Positions 17,268-26,092 of a stretch of DNA of 64,000 bases are shown in pieces. The stretch is from the IMG/VR virus record IMGVR_UViG_3300043395_003277, positions 1-64,000 of that record; one strand, given 5' to 3'. Under the pieces are notes generated by a model, which was given only the letters and a program-made list of their open reading frames with translations, had not been told where the DNA came from and searched no databases. The stretch's first letter is position 1. Each line of letters opens with the position of its first letter. A program made the translations under genes and the position numbers. This DNA is from a virus.

Positions 17268-17628
17268 ACAAATCAATGGTGACAAGTTGTTTGTCATTGA
17301 CCATCACCCCGCAATCCCACCTTCTGATCAACTAAAGAAGTGGGAAGATCAATGGTTTGATGAAGAAGAGCATCCTGATGTTTTATTGATCCAAGCATTC
17401 CAGGCAGGGGCTGACCAAGAACTGGAGGCGTGCTGCGTTGAAGTTTCCTTCTGGGTAACCAAAGGTATGGCAGAGAAGATTCACAAAATCCGACGCCCCA
17501 AGCCGCCGAGCTTGAAGGAGCAGGCGCATGATGCTTACTGGGCTCTTCGTCACGGCTCTGACGGAGATAGAAACGAAAGCCAAAATTGGGACACCATCCG
17601 CCGCGCACTGGAGCAACTCGATGACTGA
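17260..17628 (+). CDS. GADQELEACC family protein, paralog 3
   Basis: GADQELEACC and RRPKPPSLKEQA blocks, C-terminal IRRALEQL. Confidence 0.75.
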   Translation: MTKQINGDKLFVIDHHPAIPPSDQLKKWEDQWFDEEEHPDVLLIQAFQAGADQELEACCVEVSFWVTKGMAEKIHKIRRPKPPSLKEQAHDAYWALRHGSDGDRNESQNWDTIRRALEQLDD

Positions 17629-17923
17629 CCCAAACACCGAAGTAATACTAAGTTCCGATTTGTTTGATGATGACCCTTGTCTTGAGAACATGTCAGCACC
17701 GGCTTTTGCTGTGTTGGACGCTTACATGACTGGATATGGGTGGCTAGATAGCCCTACGAAAAAAGATTGTCGTGGCGTCGCCGCCGCCCTGCAAGCTGCT
17801 GCGGATCAGGTGGTGCCGTCTGAAGCTTTGTACGCCAGGAGTTGTTGCGAGTTTGTGGGTGAGCAATGTCGCGCTCAACTCCTCGCCATTGCCGCCGAGC
17901 TGGAGGGTGTGACCTCACGGTGA
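17621..17923 (+). CDS. hypothetical protein (AAALQAAADQVVP...LLAIAAELE type)
   Basis: ATG at 17621 overlapping upstream gene end. Confidence 0.65.
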   Translation: MTDPNTEVILSSDLFDDDPCLENMSAPAFAVLDAYMTGYGWLDSPTKKDCRGVAAALQAAADQVVPSEALYARSCCEFVGEQCRAQLLAIAAELEGVTSR

Positions 17924-18024
17924 TCACTCCGCAAGGTCATTCACTTTCCAGCCAGGGGAAGCAGCAGAAACCCTGACTCCCTCGGGGTTGTCGCTGCTCT
18001 GCTTCGCCCCACATAATCATAGCC

Positions 18025-18051
18025 CGTCCTGAACATGACGTTAAACTGTTT
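18025..18051 (+). ncRNA. mini-pseudoknot element, copy 4
   Basis: CGTC-CT-GAACA-T-GACG-TTAAAC-TGTTT. Confidence 0.75.
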
Positions 18052-18074
18052 GTCACTCCAACTCAACTCAACCA

Positions 18075-18842
18075 ATGAAACTCCTCAAGTTTTCTACTGG
18101 TAACGGTAAGCTCAAAAATCGTTTGATCTTCTCACTACCAGCGGGGTATGCATGCCCTCATGCTGGTGTCTGCAAGACCTTTGCTGACCGTGTTACAGGT
18201 GCCATCACTGATCTGCCTCAGCACTCTGGTACAACTGCAGATGAGTACCGCTGCTTTGCTGCTATGGCAGAGGTCCGGCCAAACGTACGAGAAGCACGTT
18301 GGCATAACTGGGATCTATTGCGTGAAACCATTCACCTCAATGGGAACCAGGCTGTGCTACTGCGTGACCTGATCGACATGTCACTTAGCATGCAACCACC
18401 CAAGAAGCTGATACGCATCCATGAGTCGGGTGATTTCTGGACTGAGAACTACATGCGTGCATGGGCAATGGTTGCAGCGCAGCGGCCACAACAACAGTTC
18501 TATGCCTACACCAAATCTCTAGGCATGTGGTTAAATCTTAAAGATCAGATGCCATCCAACTTTTATCTCACTGCATCGCACGGCGGTACACTCGACTACT
18601 TGATTCCCAAATATCCCAATGTGTTCCAGCGTGTTGCTTACGTTGTGTACACAGAAGAACAAGCAGTGGAACGTGGTCTTGAAATTGACCATGACGACAG
18701 CCACTGCTTAGGAGACAAGCCTTTTGCGCTGCTGGTTCACGGTTCTCAACGTGCCGGTAGCGAGGCTTCTAAAGCCCTATCTCAACGCAAGAAGGATGGG
18801 GGATTTGTTGGATATGGCAAATCAATTCAGAAAACATTCTGA
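18075..18842 (+). CDS. GP88-family protein
   Basis: GNGKL..FSLPAG.ACP.AG.C...CFA; RIHESGDF; FYAYTK. Confidence 0.75.
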   Translation: MKLLKFSTGNGKLKNRLIFSLPAGYACPHAGVCKTFADRVTGAITDLPQHSGTTADEYRCFAAMAEVRPNVREARWHNWDLLRETIHLNGNQAVLLRDLIDMSLSMQPPKKLIRIHESGDFWTENYMRAWAMVAAQRPQQQFYAYTKSLGMWLNLKDQMPSNFYLTASHGGTLDYLIPKYPNVFQRVAYVVYTEEQAVERGLEIDHDDSHCLGDKPFALLVHGSQRAGSEASKALSQRKKDGGFVGYGKSIQKTF

Positions 18843-18897
18843 ATTCCTTGCTTCTATTGCTAGATCCGATATCATCTGACAGTCATATTTGTTTTCT

Positions 18898-19131
18898 ATG
18901 AGCTACGTCATTGTTACCTGGAAACTTGGGGCACCTCATGCCGTAAGTGCATGCAGTAAGACTAATTCTTTTCGCCTTGTTCCGTTAGACTCTGACGTAG
19001 CTCTTACCAAGATTTTTTCTCATCCCTATCGTGCGGGTGCGCAACAAATCTTGAATTGGATTAACAAGAATGACCATCAACTCGCCTGTCAAGAACTCGA
19101 CGTTTTCGATGAAGCCCAGTTCCGCCACTGA
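18898..19131 (+). CDS. hypothetical protein
   Basis: ATG at 18898; overlaps polymerase start. Confidence 0.6.
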   Translation: MSYVIVTWKLGAPHAVSACSKTNSFRLVPLDSDVALTKIFSHPYRAGAQQILNWINKNDHQLACQELDVFDEAQFRH

Positions 19132-20929
19132 AACTTGGCTTGTATTCGATTGTGAAACGGATGGGTTGTATGACAAGGCTAGTGTTATTCATTGTTTAGT
19201 CATCTATGACATCAATAGACAACAAACTTTTACTTATGGGCCTGATTGCATTGCTGATGCTATTGCTCATCTGGCAACCGCTGATGTACTCATTGGCCAT
19301 AACATAATTTTCTACGACATTCCAGTTCTACAAAAGCTGCATTCATTTGACTGCAAATCACGTATTGTTGACACTCTTGTATGCACACGTTTGATTTGGC
19401 CAAAGGAGCAACTCTATGATTGGGACGAAGAACAACATACGCAGGTTCCGCCGAACCTACGTGGATCCGCATCGCTTAAGGCCTGGGGATGGCGCTTGGC
19501 CTCAAATAAAATTAACTTCAAAGACTTCTCCGAGTATTCGCAAGAGATGCTCGACTACTGTGTCCAAGATGTTGTCGTTACTACCAAGCTTTGGCAACTT
19601 ATCTCAACGCAAAACTATCCACAATCAGCACTCAAGCTGGAGCATGACTTTGCCCTGGCGATTAACCGACAGATTAGAACAGGCTTTCCTTTTGATATGG
19701 ATGCATGTCTTGATCTTGTGGATGGTCTCAGAACAAAACAACAAGAACTCGAAGCTAATCTAAAAGAAATCTTTCCGCCTATTAAAGAAGAAACAATATT
19801 TATTCCAAAGGTTAATAACGCTAAAAGAGGCTACGTTAAAGGTCAGCCATTTACCAAAGTCACATACCAAGAATTTAATCCAGGCTCTCGCGATCAAATT
19901 GTGCAACGCCTTAAAGAAAAATACGGATGGAATCCAGAAACAACTACTGATAAGGGCAATCCAGTTCTTAATGATGACGTATTGGAAGCTTTGCCATATC
20001 CAGAGGCAAAGCCTTTGGCTGAATATATGCTGGTCAAAAAACGTCTTGGCCAGATAACTGATGGACGTAACGCCTGGACAAACTTGTACAACAATGACAC
20101 CAGCTGTATCCACGGGGATGTTGTTACTAACGGTTGCATTACTGGGCGCTGTGCACACCGGAATCCAAACATGGGCCAAGTACCAGCGGCTTACTCTCCC
20201 TATGGAAAGGAGTGTCGCAGTTTGTTCTCTGCTCCTCACGGCTGGAACCTCGTTGGTGTTGACGCTAAAGCACTTGAATTACGTTGCCTCGCTGGATATC
20301 TTGCCCTATGGGACCACGGGGAATACGCTTCTCTGGTAACAGATGATGAAGTTGATATCCATGAATACAACCGTCAGCAGTTTGGTGTGCCCACCAGGGA
20401 CATCAGTAAGCGTTTGCTGTATGGAATGTTGTACGGATGTGGTGCAATTAAAGCCGGTACAATCATTGATCCGAATGAAAAAAATGAAGTTGTTCTGAAA
20501 AGATTAGGAAGTAGCGCCATCAATTCATTCATGCGCGGTGTGCCAGCACTGCGTGAATTGAAAGAAAAACTTAGTGCAAACCTATCAGAACGTGGCGTGT
20601 TATTTGGTTTGGATAAACGCATTCTTTATTGCCGTTCAGATTTCAAGGCACTCAATGTTTTATTGCAATCAGCTGGCGCAATCATCATGAAACAAGTGGT
20701 TGTTAACTTACATAACAACATGCAGTCAACTGGTCTTATCTATGGTGTTGATTGGTTCCAGCACGCCATGGTCCATGACGAAATCCAGCTGTCCTGCAAG
20801 CCCCAGCACACTGAGCTGCTGAAGGAAAAAGCTTTGCTTTCCTTTCCCCAGGCTCAGCAATTTCTTAACTTTAAATGCGATATCGAAGGCAATGCCAAGG
20901 TTGGGCATTGCTGGTACGATACCCACTAA
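19070..20929 (+). CDS. polA: T7-type family A DNA polymerase with 3'-5' exonuclease
   Basis: ExoI FDCETDG, ExoII GHNIIFYD, ExoIII YCVQDV; motif A DAKALELR, motif B RDISKRLLYGMLYG, motif C VHDE; start may be 19109. Confidence 0.96.
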   Translation: MTINSPVKNSTFSMKPSSATETWLVFDCETDGLYDKASVIHCLVIYDINRQQTFTYGPDCIADAIAHLATADVLIGHNIIFYDIPVLQKLHSFDCKSRIVDTLVCTRLIWPKEQLYDWDEEQHTQVPPNLRGSASLKAWGWRLASNKINFKDFSEYSQEMLDYCVQDVVVTTKLWQLISTQNYPQSALKLEHDFALAINRQIRTGFPFDMDACLDLVDGLRTKQQELEANLKEIFPPIKEETIFIPKVNNAKRGYVKGQPFTKVTYQEFNPGSRDQIVQRLKEKYGWNPETTTDKGNPVLNDDVLEALPYPEAKPLAEYMLVKKRLGQITDGRNAWTNLYNNDTSCIHGDVVTNGCITGRCAHRNPNMGQVPAAYSPYGKECRSLFSAPHGWNLVGVDAKALELRCLAGYLALWDHGEYASLVTDDEVDIHEYNRQQFGVPTRDISKRLLYGMLYGCGAIKAGTIIDPNEKNEVVLKRLGSSAINSFMRGVPALRELKEKLSANLSERGVLFGLDKRILYCRSDFKALNVLLQSAGAIIMKQVVVNLHNNMQSTGLIYGVDWFQHAMVHDEIQLSCKPQHTELLKEKALLSFPQAQQFLNFKCDIEGNAKVGHCWYDTH

Positions 20930-20936
20930 TCAAACT

Positions 20937-20964
20937 CGTCCTCAGGTACGACGTTAAACTGCCT
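20937..20964 (+). ncRNA. mini-pseudoknot element, copy 5
   Basis: CGTC-CTC-AGGTA-C-GACG-TTAAAC-TGCCT. Confidence 0.75.
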
Positions 20965-20984
20965 TACCACCATCTACTACACAC

Positions 20985-21791
20985 ATGAACAACTTTGTTT
21001 CTGCTTATGCGCAAACCTTGGAAGAGCCAAGGGAAGTTTATATATCGGCAACCTCAACAGCAATCAGGTGTTTAGTTGGGTTGCCACCTGTTGGAAATAA
21101 AGCAGCAACACAAATCGAACTCAATGTCTACGGCAAAAACGCAGAGCGATTTGCACGTGCGCCAAAAGGAGCACACATCTACATTCACGGCGCCAAGCTA
21201 CGTCATGATCTCGAATCCAGAACGCACTCGCTCCATGGAGGATCTATTGCACCGGTTAATGACCAATTCCCAATCTTCAATGATGTCATCCTTGTTGGAC
21301 GATGCGTGAAAGATTTGGGAGATGATAATCGCGCCTTCCGTACAACCGAAGGTGGACTGATGATTTGCCAGCAAGCGCTTTCTGTCAGCACAGGTAAAAA
21401 CCAAGCTGATCTATTTAACTTTTATGCAATCAACTCAGCCACAGATAAATTAAACAACGCTGAATTGCTTTATAACTTTACACGTAAAGGTACTGGTATT
21501 ACGTTGCGTGGTCGTCTTGTTACAGATAGCTGGACTGATCAGACCACAAAAGAACGTAAGTCTCAAACCAAGATCCAACTGGTCAGCATGACGCTGGCAC
21601 CTAAGACAACATCAGGTGATACCAAACAACCACAAGCTCAACCCGTAGCAACCAATGCAGCGGAAGCGCCATCTCTTTGGAACAATCACAGTGCTCCTGT
21701 TGATCCTTGGAATGTGGCTTCTGGTGGTGGGCTTCCTGACCTCCCTGGTCATTACGGCCCTACACCTGATCTTGAAGAGCAACCTTTCTGA
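20985..21791 (+). CDS. ssb: single-stranded DNA-binding protein with tandem OB folds
   Basis: two SSB-like halves (KGAHIYIHG; KGTGITLRGRLVTDSWTD..T.ERKS) and acidic DLEEQPF tail. Confidence 0.8.
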   Translation: MNNFVSAYAQTLEEPREVYISATSTAIRCLVGLPPVGNKAATQIELNVYGKNAERFARAPKGAHIYIHGAKLRHDLESRTHSLHGGSIAPVNDQFPIFNDVILVGRCVKDLGDDNRAFRTTEGGLMICQQALSVSTGKNQADLFNFYAINSATDKLNNAELLYNFTRKGTGITLRGRLVTDSWTDQTTKERKSQTKIQLVSMTLAPKTTSGDTKQPQAQPVATNAAEAPSLWNNHSAPVDPWNVASGGGLPDLPGHYGPTPDLEEQPF

Positions 21792-22024
21792 TGGAACTGC
21801 GATCCTTGAGCTTCCTCTGCAAAGAGGAAGACTTCACCATCTCATTTGAGTCTCAAGGTGTTACTTCTGATGAGGTAATGCAACACTTTGTTCAGTTCAT
21901 GGTTGGCATTGGTTACACACGCGCCAGTGTTCATGACGCCATGCGGGAGATTGTTGAGGAACACGAAGATTACCTCAAGAGTTATGACGGTGCAAAAGCA
22001 GACCTCCCATTTGCAATAGAGTGA
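21791..22024 (+). CDS. hypothetical protein
   Basis: 77 aa, F.QFM.G.GY motif common in phage small proteins. Confidence 0.7.
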   Translation: MELRSLSFLCKEEDFTISFESQGVTSDEVMQHFVQFMVGIGYTRASVHDAMREIVEEHEDYLKSYDGAKADLPFAIE

Positions 22025-22029
22025 TGTTA

Positions 22030-22056
22030 CGTCCTGGGATGACGTTAAACTCATCC
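22030..22056 (+). ncRNA. mini-pseudoknot element, copy 6
   Basis: CGTC-CT-GGGA-T-GACG-TTAAAC-TCATCC (bulged P2). Confidence 0.65.
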
Positions 22057-22077
22057 ACTGTTCACTCTGAACAAACC

Positions 22078-23178
22078 ATGACACAAACACCGATTGATCC
22101 GCTAACTGATGAATGGATGGATAACATCCAAGCTGAAGAAATCACTCCTCCTTCTCTGAAAACTCTCAACAAAATGACTACGAAAAAAACCTCTGCTCTT
22201 GCTACACGCGGTCTGGAATCTTTCCAGATGTTCCAGTCCAAAGAATTTGTTTCGGGTTACCAGAACCTGGTCACTATTCAACCACTGAATAAGTCCAAGA
22301 CTCGTGGCTGGTTTGTCCGCAAGTCTGATCTAGATACTTGCAGTTGGTCCGCAACTGAAGATCAGTTTGCAAAAGGTTCTGTAATCTGGAACTACAAACA
22401 AACTTTTGGGATGGCTCCCAACACTTCAACAGAAGAAGGTCTTAACTTTACTGAGCCTCGTCTCCAAATTCTGTTGCGTTCTCCACTCATGGTGGAAGAA
22501 ACTACCGGTATGCGCCAAGTCATTGGCTCGTTTGATCACCCACAAGTCAAAGAACTTTTTGAGGCTGACAAGATTGCTTCTGATCTTGCCAACAGCAAAG
22601 GTGAAATGTACAAGCGTAAGTACAGCGTACGTACAAAATACTTGGTTTATATCCTGACCCAGGATAATAAACGTGCCCATAAGATCCCAATGGTGCTGAC
22701 TCTGAAGGGATTAAACGGTACCGATGTATCGGATAAGATCCGTATCTATGAAAAAGAGATGTCCAAGTGCTTGAGTAAAGCGCTGGATTCCGAGGTGCCT
22801 TTGGCATTCAACGAAAAGTTTTATGCCACTACAGTATTCTGCCCGGTACTTGCAAATGAAATGCGTGGTGCCAACAACGTTGAAATCTGCGCTATCGAAT
22901 CGTTTGACATCCCTGATTACAGCTCTCAAGAAGATGCAATTGAATCACTGAATCGTCTTTCTATTCCTGATGAAGATCGGGAATCCACATGGAAGATGCA
23001 AGAGATGTTCCAGGATTACATCAATATCCACGCAAAACAAGATGCTCAAAAGTTAAATGGTGCATATGGAATTAAAGAAGGAGTCGAAATCCTTCCTGCT
23101 TCACGCACTACAGAAACAGTAGATGTTAAATCTTTGCCCGCTCGGGATCCTCTTACTGGTGAAGATTCTGAACTTTGA
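22078..23178 (+). CDS. DUF5895-like cyanobacterial/phage protein
   Basis: GLNFTEPRLQIL.RSPL...TKYLVYIL..DNK..H..P..L.LKG..G pattern; next to SSB. Confidence 0.5.
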   Translation: MTQTPIDPLTDEWMDNIQAEEITPPSLKTLNKMTTKKTSALATRGLESFQMFQSKEFVSGYQNLVTIQPLNKSKTRGWFVRKSDLDTCSWSATEDQFAKGSVIWNYKQTFGMAPNTSTEEGLNFTEPRLQILLRSPLMVEETTGMRQVIGSFDHPQVKELFEADKIASDLANSKGEMYKRKYSVRTKYLVYILTQDNKRAHKIPMVLTLKGLNGTDVSDKIRIYEKEMSKCLSKALDSEVPLAFNEKFYATTVFCPVLANEMRGANNVEICAIESFDIPDYSSQEDAIESLNRLSIPDEDRESTWKMQEMFQDYINIHAKQDAQKLNGAYGIKEGVEILPASRTTETVDVKSLPARDPLTGEDSEL

Positions 23179-23184
23179 TTGGCA

Positions 23185-23607
23185 ATGCATCGATTTTTAT
23201 CTTTAATTGATGCAGAAGGAGGGCCAGCATCTTGCTGGCCTTTTCTTGGTTCTGCAATGGGTGCAGGTTATGGGCAAATGCCTCCGAATCCAGTAACACG
23301 TTTAGCACATCGTTGGTCTTACAACTTTTTTATCGGTCCAATTCCAAAAGGTAAAGTGGTTATGCATATTTGCGATAACCGCAAATGCTGTAATCCACTG
23401 CATTTAAAAATTGGAACCCAACAAGAAAATTTGTTGGACATGAATAAAAAACAAAGGCATGGCACCCATCCTAAAAAATGCACACCAGAACTTTTAAAAC
23501 AAATTATTACTATGAAACAACAAGGATTTACTGCAGTTCAAATTGGAAACGCTGTTGGTTACAACAAGCGTACTATTTTTCGTTTGTTAAGTGAGGCTAA
23601 GGAATAG
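23185..23607 (+). CDS. HNH endonuclease (Zn-binding loop type) with HTH
   Basis: CWPF.G...GYG...AHRWSY...VMHICDNRKCCNPLHL.IGT..EN. Confidence 0.9.
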   Translation: MHRFLSLIDAEGGPASCWPFLGSAMGAGYGQMPPNPVTRLAHRWSYNFFIGPIPKGKVVMHICDNRKCCNPLHLKIGTQQENLLDMNKKQRHGTHPKKCTPELLKQIITMKQQGFTAVQIGNAVGYNKRTIFRLLSEAKE

Positions 23608-23851
23608 GGGGATTGGCAATATCTTCCTCGTTAACAGAAACATTATTGAAGATGAACATGTCTTGAACTAATCCCCGAATTACTCCTTGCCTATTTGTTG
23701 CAATTTGTGCAAGCAAGGTCGCCATCTCTTTTAAAGTACTTATCGAATCACATTCATCAATGCTACGTTTAATTTTTTCTAACCAAAACTTATCCTCCAT
23801 GCTTGGTTCAATCTGAAATTTAGTTAACGGTACGTACTTAATTTCTTCCAT
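23597..23851 (-). CDS. NblA-like phycobilisome degradation protein (divergent)
   Basis: PSMEDKFWLEKIKRSI...LKEMATLLAQIATNRQGVIRGLV aligns by eye to the NblA LSLEQ.F helix-loop-helix. Confidence 0.5.
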   Translation of the reverse strand: MEEIKYVPLTKFQIEPSMEDKFWLEKIKRSIDECDSISTLKEMATLLAQIATNRQGVIRGLVQDMFIFNNVSVNEEDIANPPIP

Positions 23852-23930
23852 TTGTATTTAGTTGTTACAGTTATTTTACTCACACATTTAAACTGTAATC
23901 AAACCTTCTGATTGTGTTAACAATTACAAA

Positions 23931-24128
23931 ATGAAACCAGAAGAAAAAGCTGCACTCAAAGCGGGTGGTACCACAGCTCTTGTAGCTGGTGCCATTGCCG
24001 CAACCATTGCCAATCCTGTTGCGTGGGCTGCCGTTCTTTACGGTGCTTATCGAATGGGTAAGACGGCTTACCGTGCTGCCAAGGAGCGCGATACACTGGA
24101 GAAGCAGAGGGAAAGTCATTACCTCTGA
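23931..24128 (+). CDS. small membrane protein
   Basis: 65 aa, Ala-rich hydrophobic core. Confidence 0.65.
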   Translation: MKPEEKAALKAGGTTALVAGAIAATIANPVAWAAVLYGAYRMGKTAYRAAKERDTLEKQRESHYL

Positions 24129-24160
24129 CTTCAATCAACTCAACTCAATTCAACACAACA

Positions 24161-25099
24161 ATGGACATTACTCTTCAGCTGACATCTGATCAATCTCTGA
24201 TCTATAACCGCACCAACATCAGACGTGCATATGAAGGATTTGATGACACCGAAATCGCTGGGATTTTTGTGCGAGATGATGATTGTCTCGTGGTGCGTCG
24301 CGATGGTACTGAGCAAAGTTATGACAGGCAATTGATAAGAAATGCTTATGTCTCTTATACACATCGCCTTAAAGACTTTTTTGCTTACCTAGGTCCAAAC
24401 TATAGGGGTCCTAGTATTTGGCACAACAATGCCTATGTCCTTTTCAAAGGATGGAACTACACCCATGTCCTCGGACACACAACCCCTAACGCTAAGCTCC
24501 AAGCAAACTGGGCAGACAAATTTATCCACCTCTCAGACCCCAATAAACTTGTCACGTTACTACAGTCTGACCAAACGGACCTGGGCTATTTGGTGGCACC
24601 AGACGGGATGCGGCTTCCGGATCGGCCGCTTGATATGGACTCTTCACTGGATTACAGCCAAGAACAAAAGCCGATGTTTGGCGAACCTTACTGCTCGTGT
24701 GGGTCGTTTCAGCGTCAGCTCGGTGCTATACAAACTCTCCAAGAAGAAATCCAGGGATATAAGCCGTGGTGTATCCACCTGACTTGGTTCAATAAATACC
24801 GTGAGCTTCTGTGCAAACGCACTGAAGTACGTAATGCTGCGCCCTCTGGAACACCAGATAAATGTGTAGCTTGGTTTTATGCACCTCCAGCAGATCATAT
24901 CAGTGATGGTCGCTTTGTGCTTTTGCATACCAAACAAGGTGCTCAAGCCCCGCTCAGTCACTGGCGTACCTACAAATCTAAAGAAGTCCTGACGCAACAT
25001 GATGCGTGGGATCTTTTCTTTAATATGCTTGAGGCCGGTTACGTTCCATTCCCTGGTACCGCACTGCCTCAATTAAAACCAGCACTTAAGAAACAATGA
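24161..25099 (+). CDS. SWIM zinc-finger-containing protein
   Basis: YCSCGSF...WCIH (CxC-n-CxH). Confidence 0.7.
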   Translation: MDITLQLTSDQSLIYNRTNIRRAYEGFDDTEIAGIFVRDDDCLVVRRDGTEQSYDRQLIRNAYVSYTHRLKDFFAYLGPNYRGPSIWHNNAYVLFKGWNYTHVLGHTTPNAKLQANWADKFIHLSDPNKLVTLLQSDQTDLGYLVAPDGMRLPDRPLDMDSSLDYSQEQKPMFGEPYCSCGSFQRQLGAIQTLQEEIQGYKPWCIHLTWFNKYRELLCKRTEVRNAAPSGTPDKCVAWFYAPPADHISDGRFVLLHTKQGAQAPLSHWRTYKSKEVLTQHDAWDLFFNMLEAGYVPFPGTALPQLKPALKKQ

Positions 25100-25150
25100 C
25101 AACAACTCAAGAAATGCTTGAGTATACAAAAACAAATGCTTGGTGCACCA

Positions 25151-25393
25151 ATGAATAACACGCAAACCAAAACTAAAATGATTCGTTATGACTTAGAAGT
25201 TCCAGAAGAGTTCCATTGGAAACTTGTAGCATTAGGTGCTAAGCAAAAACTTCATTACGAAGATTATGCTGAACGCGTACTTCAAGAGTTTGCCGTTAAA
25301 GCCACTCAAAAAATCAACGATGATTTCAAACAATCCATCATTAACCAGTTGGGTCAGCAAGTTAAAACTCCAAGTAATGGAGGACAATCCTGA
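25151..25393 (+). CDS. putative ribbon-helix-helix protein
   Basis: RYDLEVPEEFHWKL...YAERVL pattern. Confidence 0.45.
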   Translation: MNNTQTKTKMIRYDLEVPEEFHWKLVALGAKQKLHYEDYAERVLQEFAVKATQKINDDFKQSIINQLGQQVKTPSNGGQS

Positions 25394-25541
25394 CGGCAGC
25401 TGTGACATCCACATCGAATGGGATGAAACAGATCCAGATCTTGCTCTGTGGAATTCATGGGGTGAAGAAGGACAGAAGCAATTTGTCCTTGATGCATTAA
25501 AAAACGCTTGCAACCACGCTCTTTCAACCGATGACAATTGA
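25377..25541 (+). CDS. hypothetical protein
   Basis: ATG at 25377, EDNPDGS motif; true start may be slightly upstream. Confidence 0.55.
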   Translation: MEDNPDGSCDIHIEWDETDPDLALWNSWGEEGQKQFVLDALKNACNHALSTDDN

Positions 25542-25914
25542 TGCTTACCAACTGCCAGAAGAGCAGTACACAAAGTTCTTTGAGAAGAACGCACGTCTTG
25601 CCTGTCAGCTTTATCTAAAGCTGCACAACATTGCAACAATTGAAGGTGTTGGCAACATTGATTTCCGCACCTTAATGGAGCTTTATAACGATTGCATCTA
25701 TGCATCGAATGAAGATTGCCGTCAGTACCAAAAACAACATGATCCAGAAGTTGTTGCTAAACAACAAGAAGATCTGTTTATTTATGGATCGCCATCTAGG
25801 GAAGAGATGATGGAAGAAATTAAATCTATCAATGCCAAAGTTGAATCTATAGTTGATTACATCACAGGACTAACAGATACATTAAAGACAGGATTTACTA
25901 AAATTCAATCCTGA
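25531..25914 (+). CDS. hypothetical protein
   Basis: 127-aa ORF. Confidence 0.7.
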   Translation: MTIDAYQLPEEQYTKFFEKNARLACQLYLKLHNIATIEGVGNIDFRTLMELYNDCIYASNEDCRQYQKQHDPEVVAKQQEDLFIYGSPSREEMMEEIKSINAKVESIVDYITGLTDTLKTGFTKIQS

Positions 25915-25919
25915 TTCAT

Positions 25920-25946
25920 AGTCCTGGTCACGACTTTAAACTGACC
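25920..25946 (+). ncRNA. mini-pseudoknot element, copy 7
   Basis: AGTC-CT-GGTCA-C-GACT-TTAAAC-TGACC. Confidence 0.78.
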
Positions 25947-25969
25947 AATCTATATCTTCAACTCAACTC

Positions 25970-26089
25970 ATGTTTGAATCTATTCTTGGTGCTGTTGTTC
26001 CAGTGTTTAAAGATTTGCTTTGGGCAGCAGCAGGCATGCTGCTGACCTATTGCATTAACAAATTTCAATCTCATTTCAACACCATCTGA
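25970..26089 (+). CDS. 39-aa membrane peptide (not in ORF track)
   Basis: MFESILGAVVPVFKDLLWAAAGMLLTYCINKFQSHFNTI after TTCAACTCAACTC leader. Confidence 0.65.
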   Translation: MFESILGAVVPVFKDLLWAAAGMLLTYCINKFQSHFNTI

Positions 26090-26092
26090 GCC

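Noticed and set aside
9424-17628. Diversity-generating retroelement behind the paralog family
   Set aside because: No reverse transcriptase in the window, and differences are not adenine-specific substitutions.
19070-20929. Intron or intein in the DNA polymerase
   Set aside because: The ORF is continuous and compact with all motifs at normal spacing.
23855-23869. NtcA box upstream of the NblA-like gene
   Set aside because: Spacing is GTA-N9-TAC, not N8.
4984-25946. Pistol ribozyme or integron attC identity for the pseudoknot element
   Set aside because: It resembles pistol P1 plus UUAAA, but P2/P3 and the catalytic core are absent. GTTAAAC fits GTTRRRY in only four copies, with no inverse core and no integron integrase.
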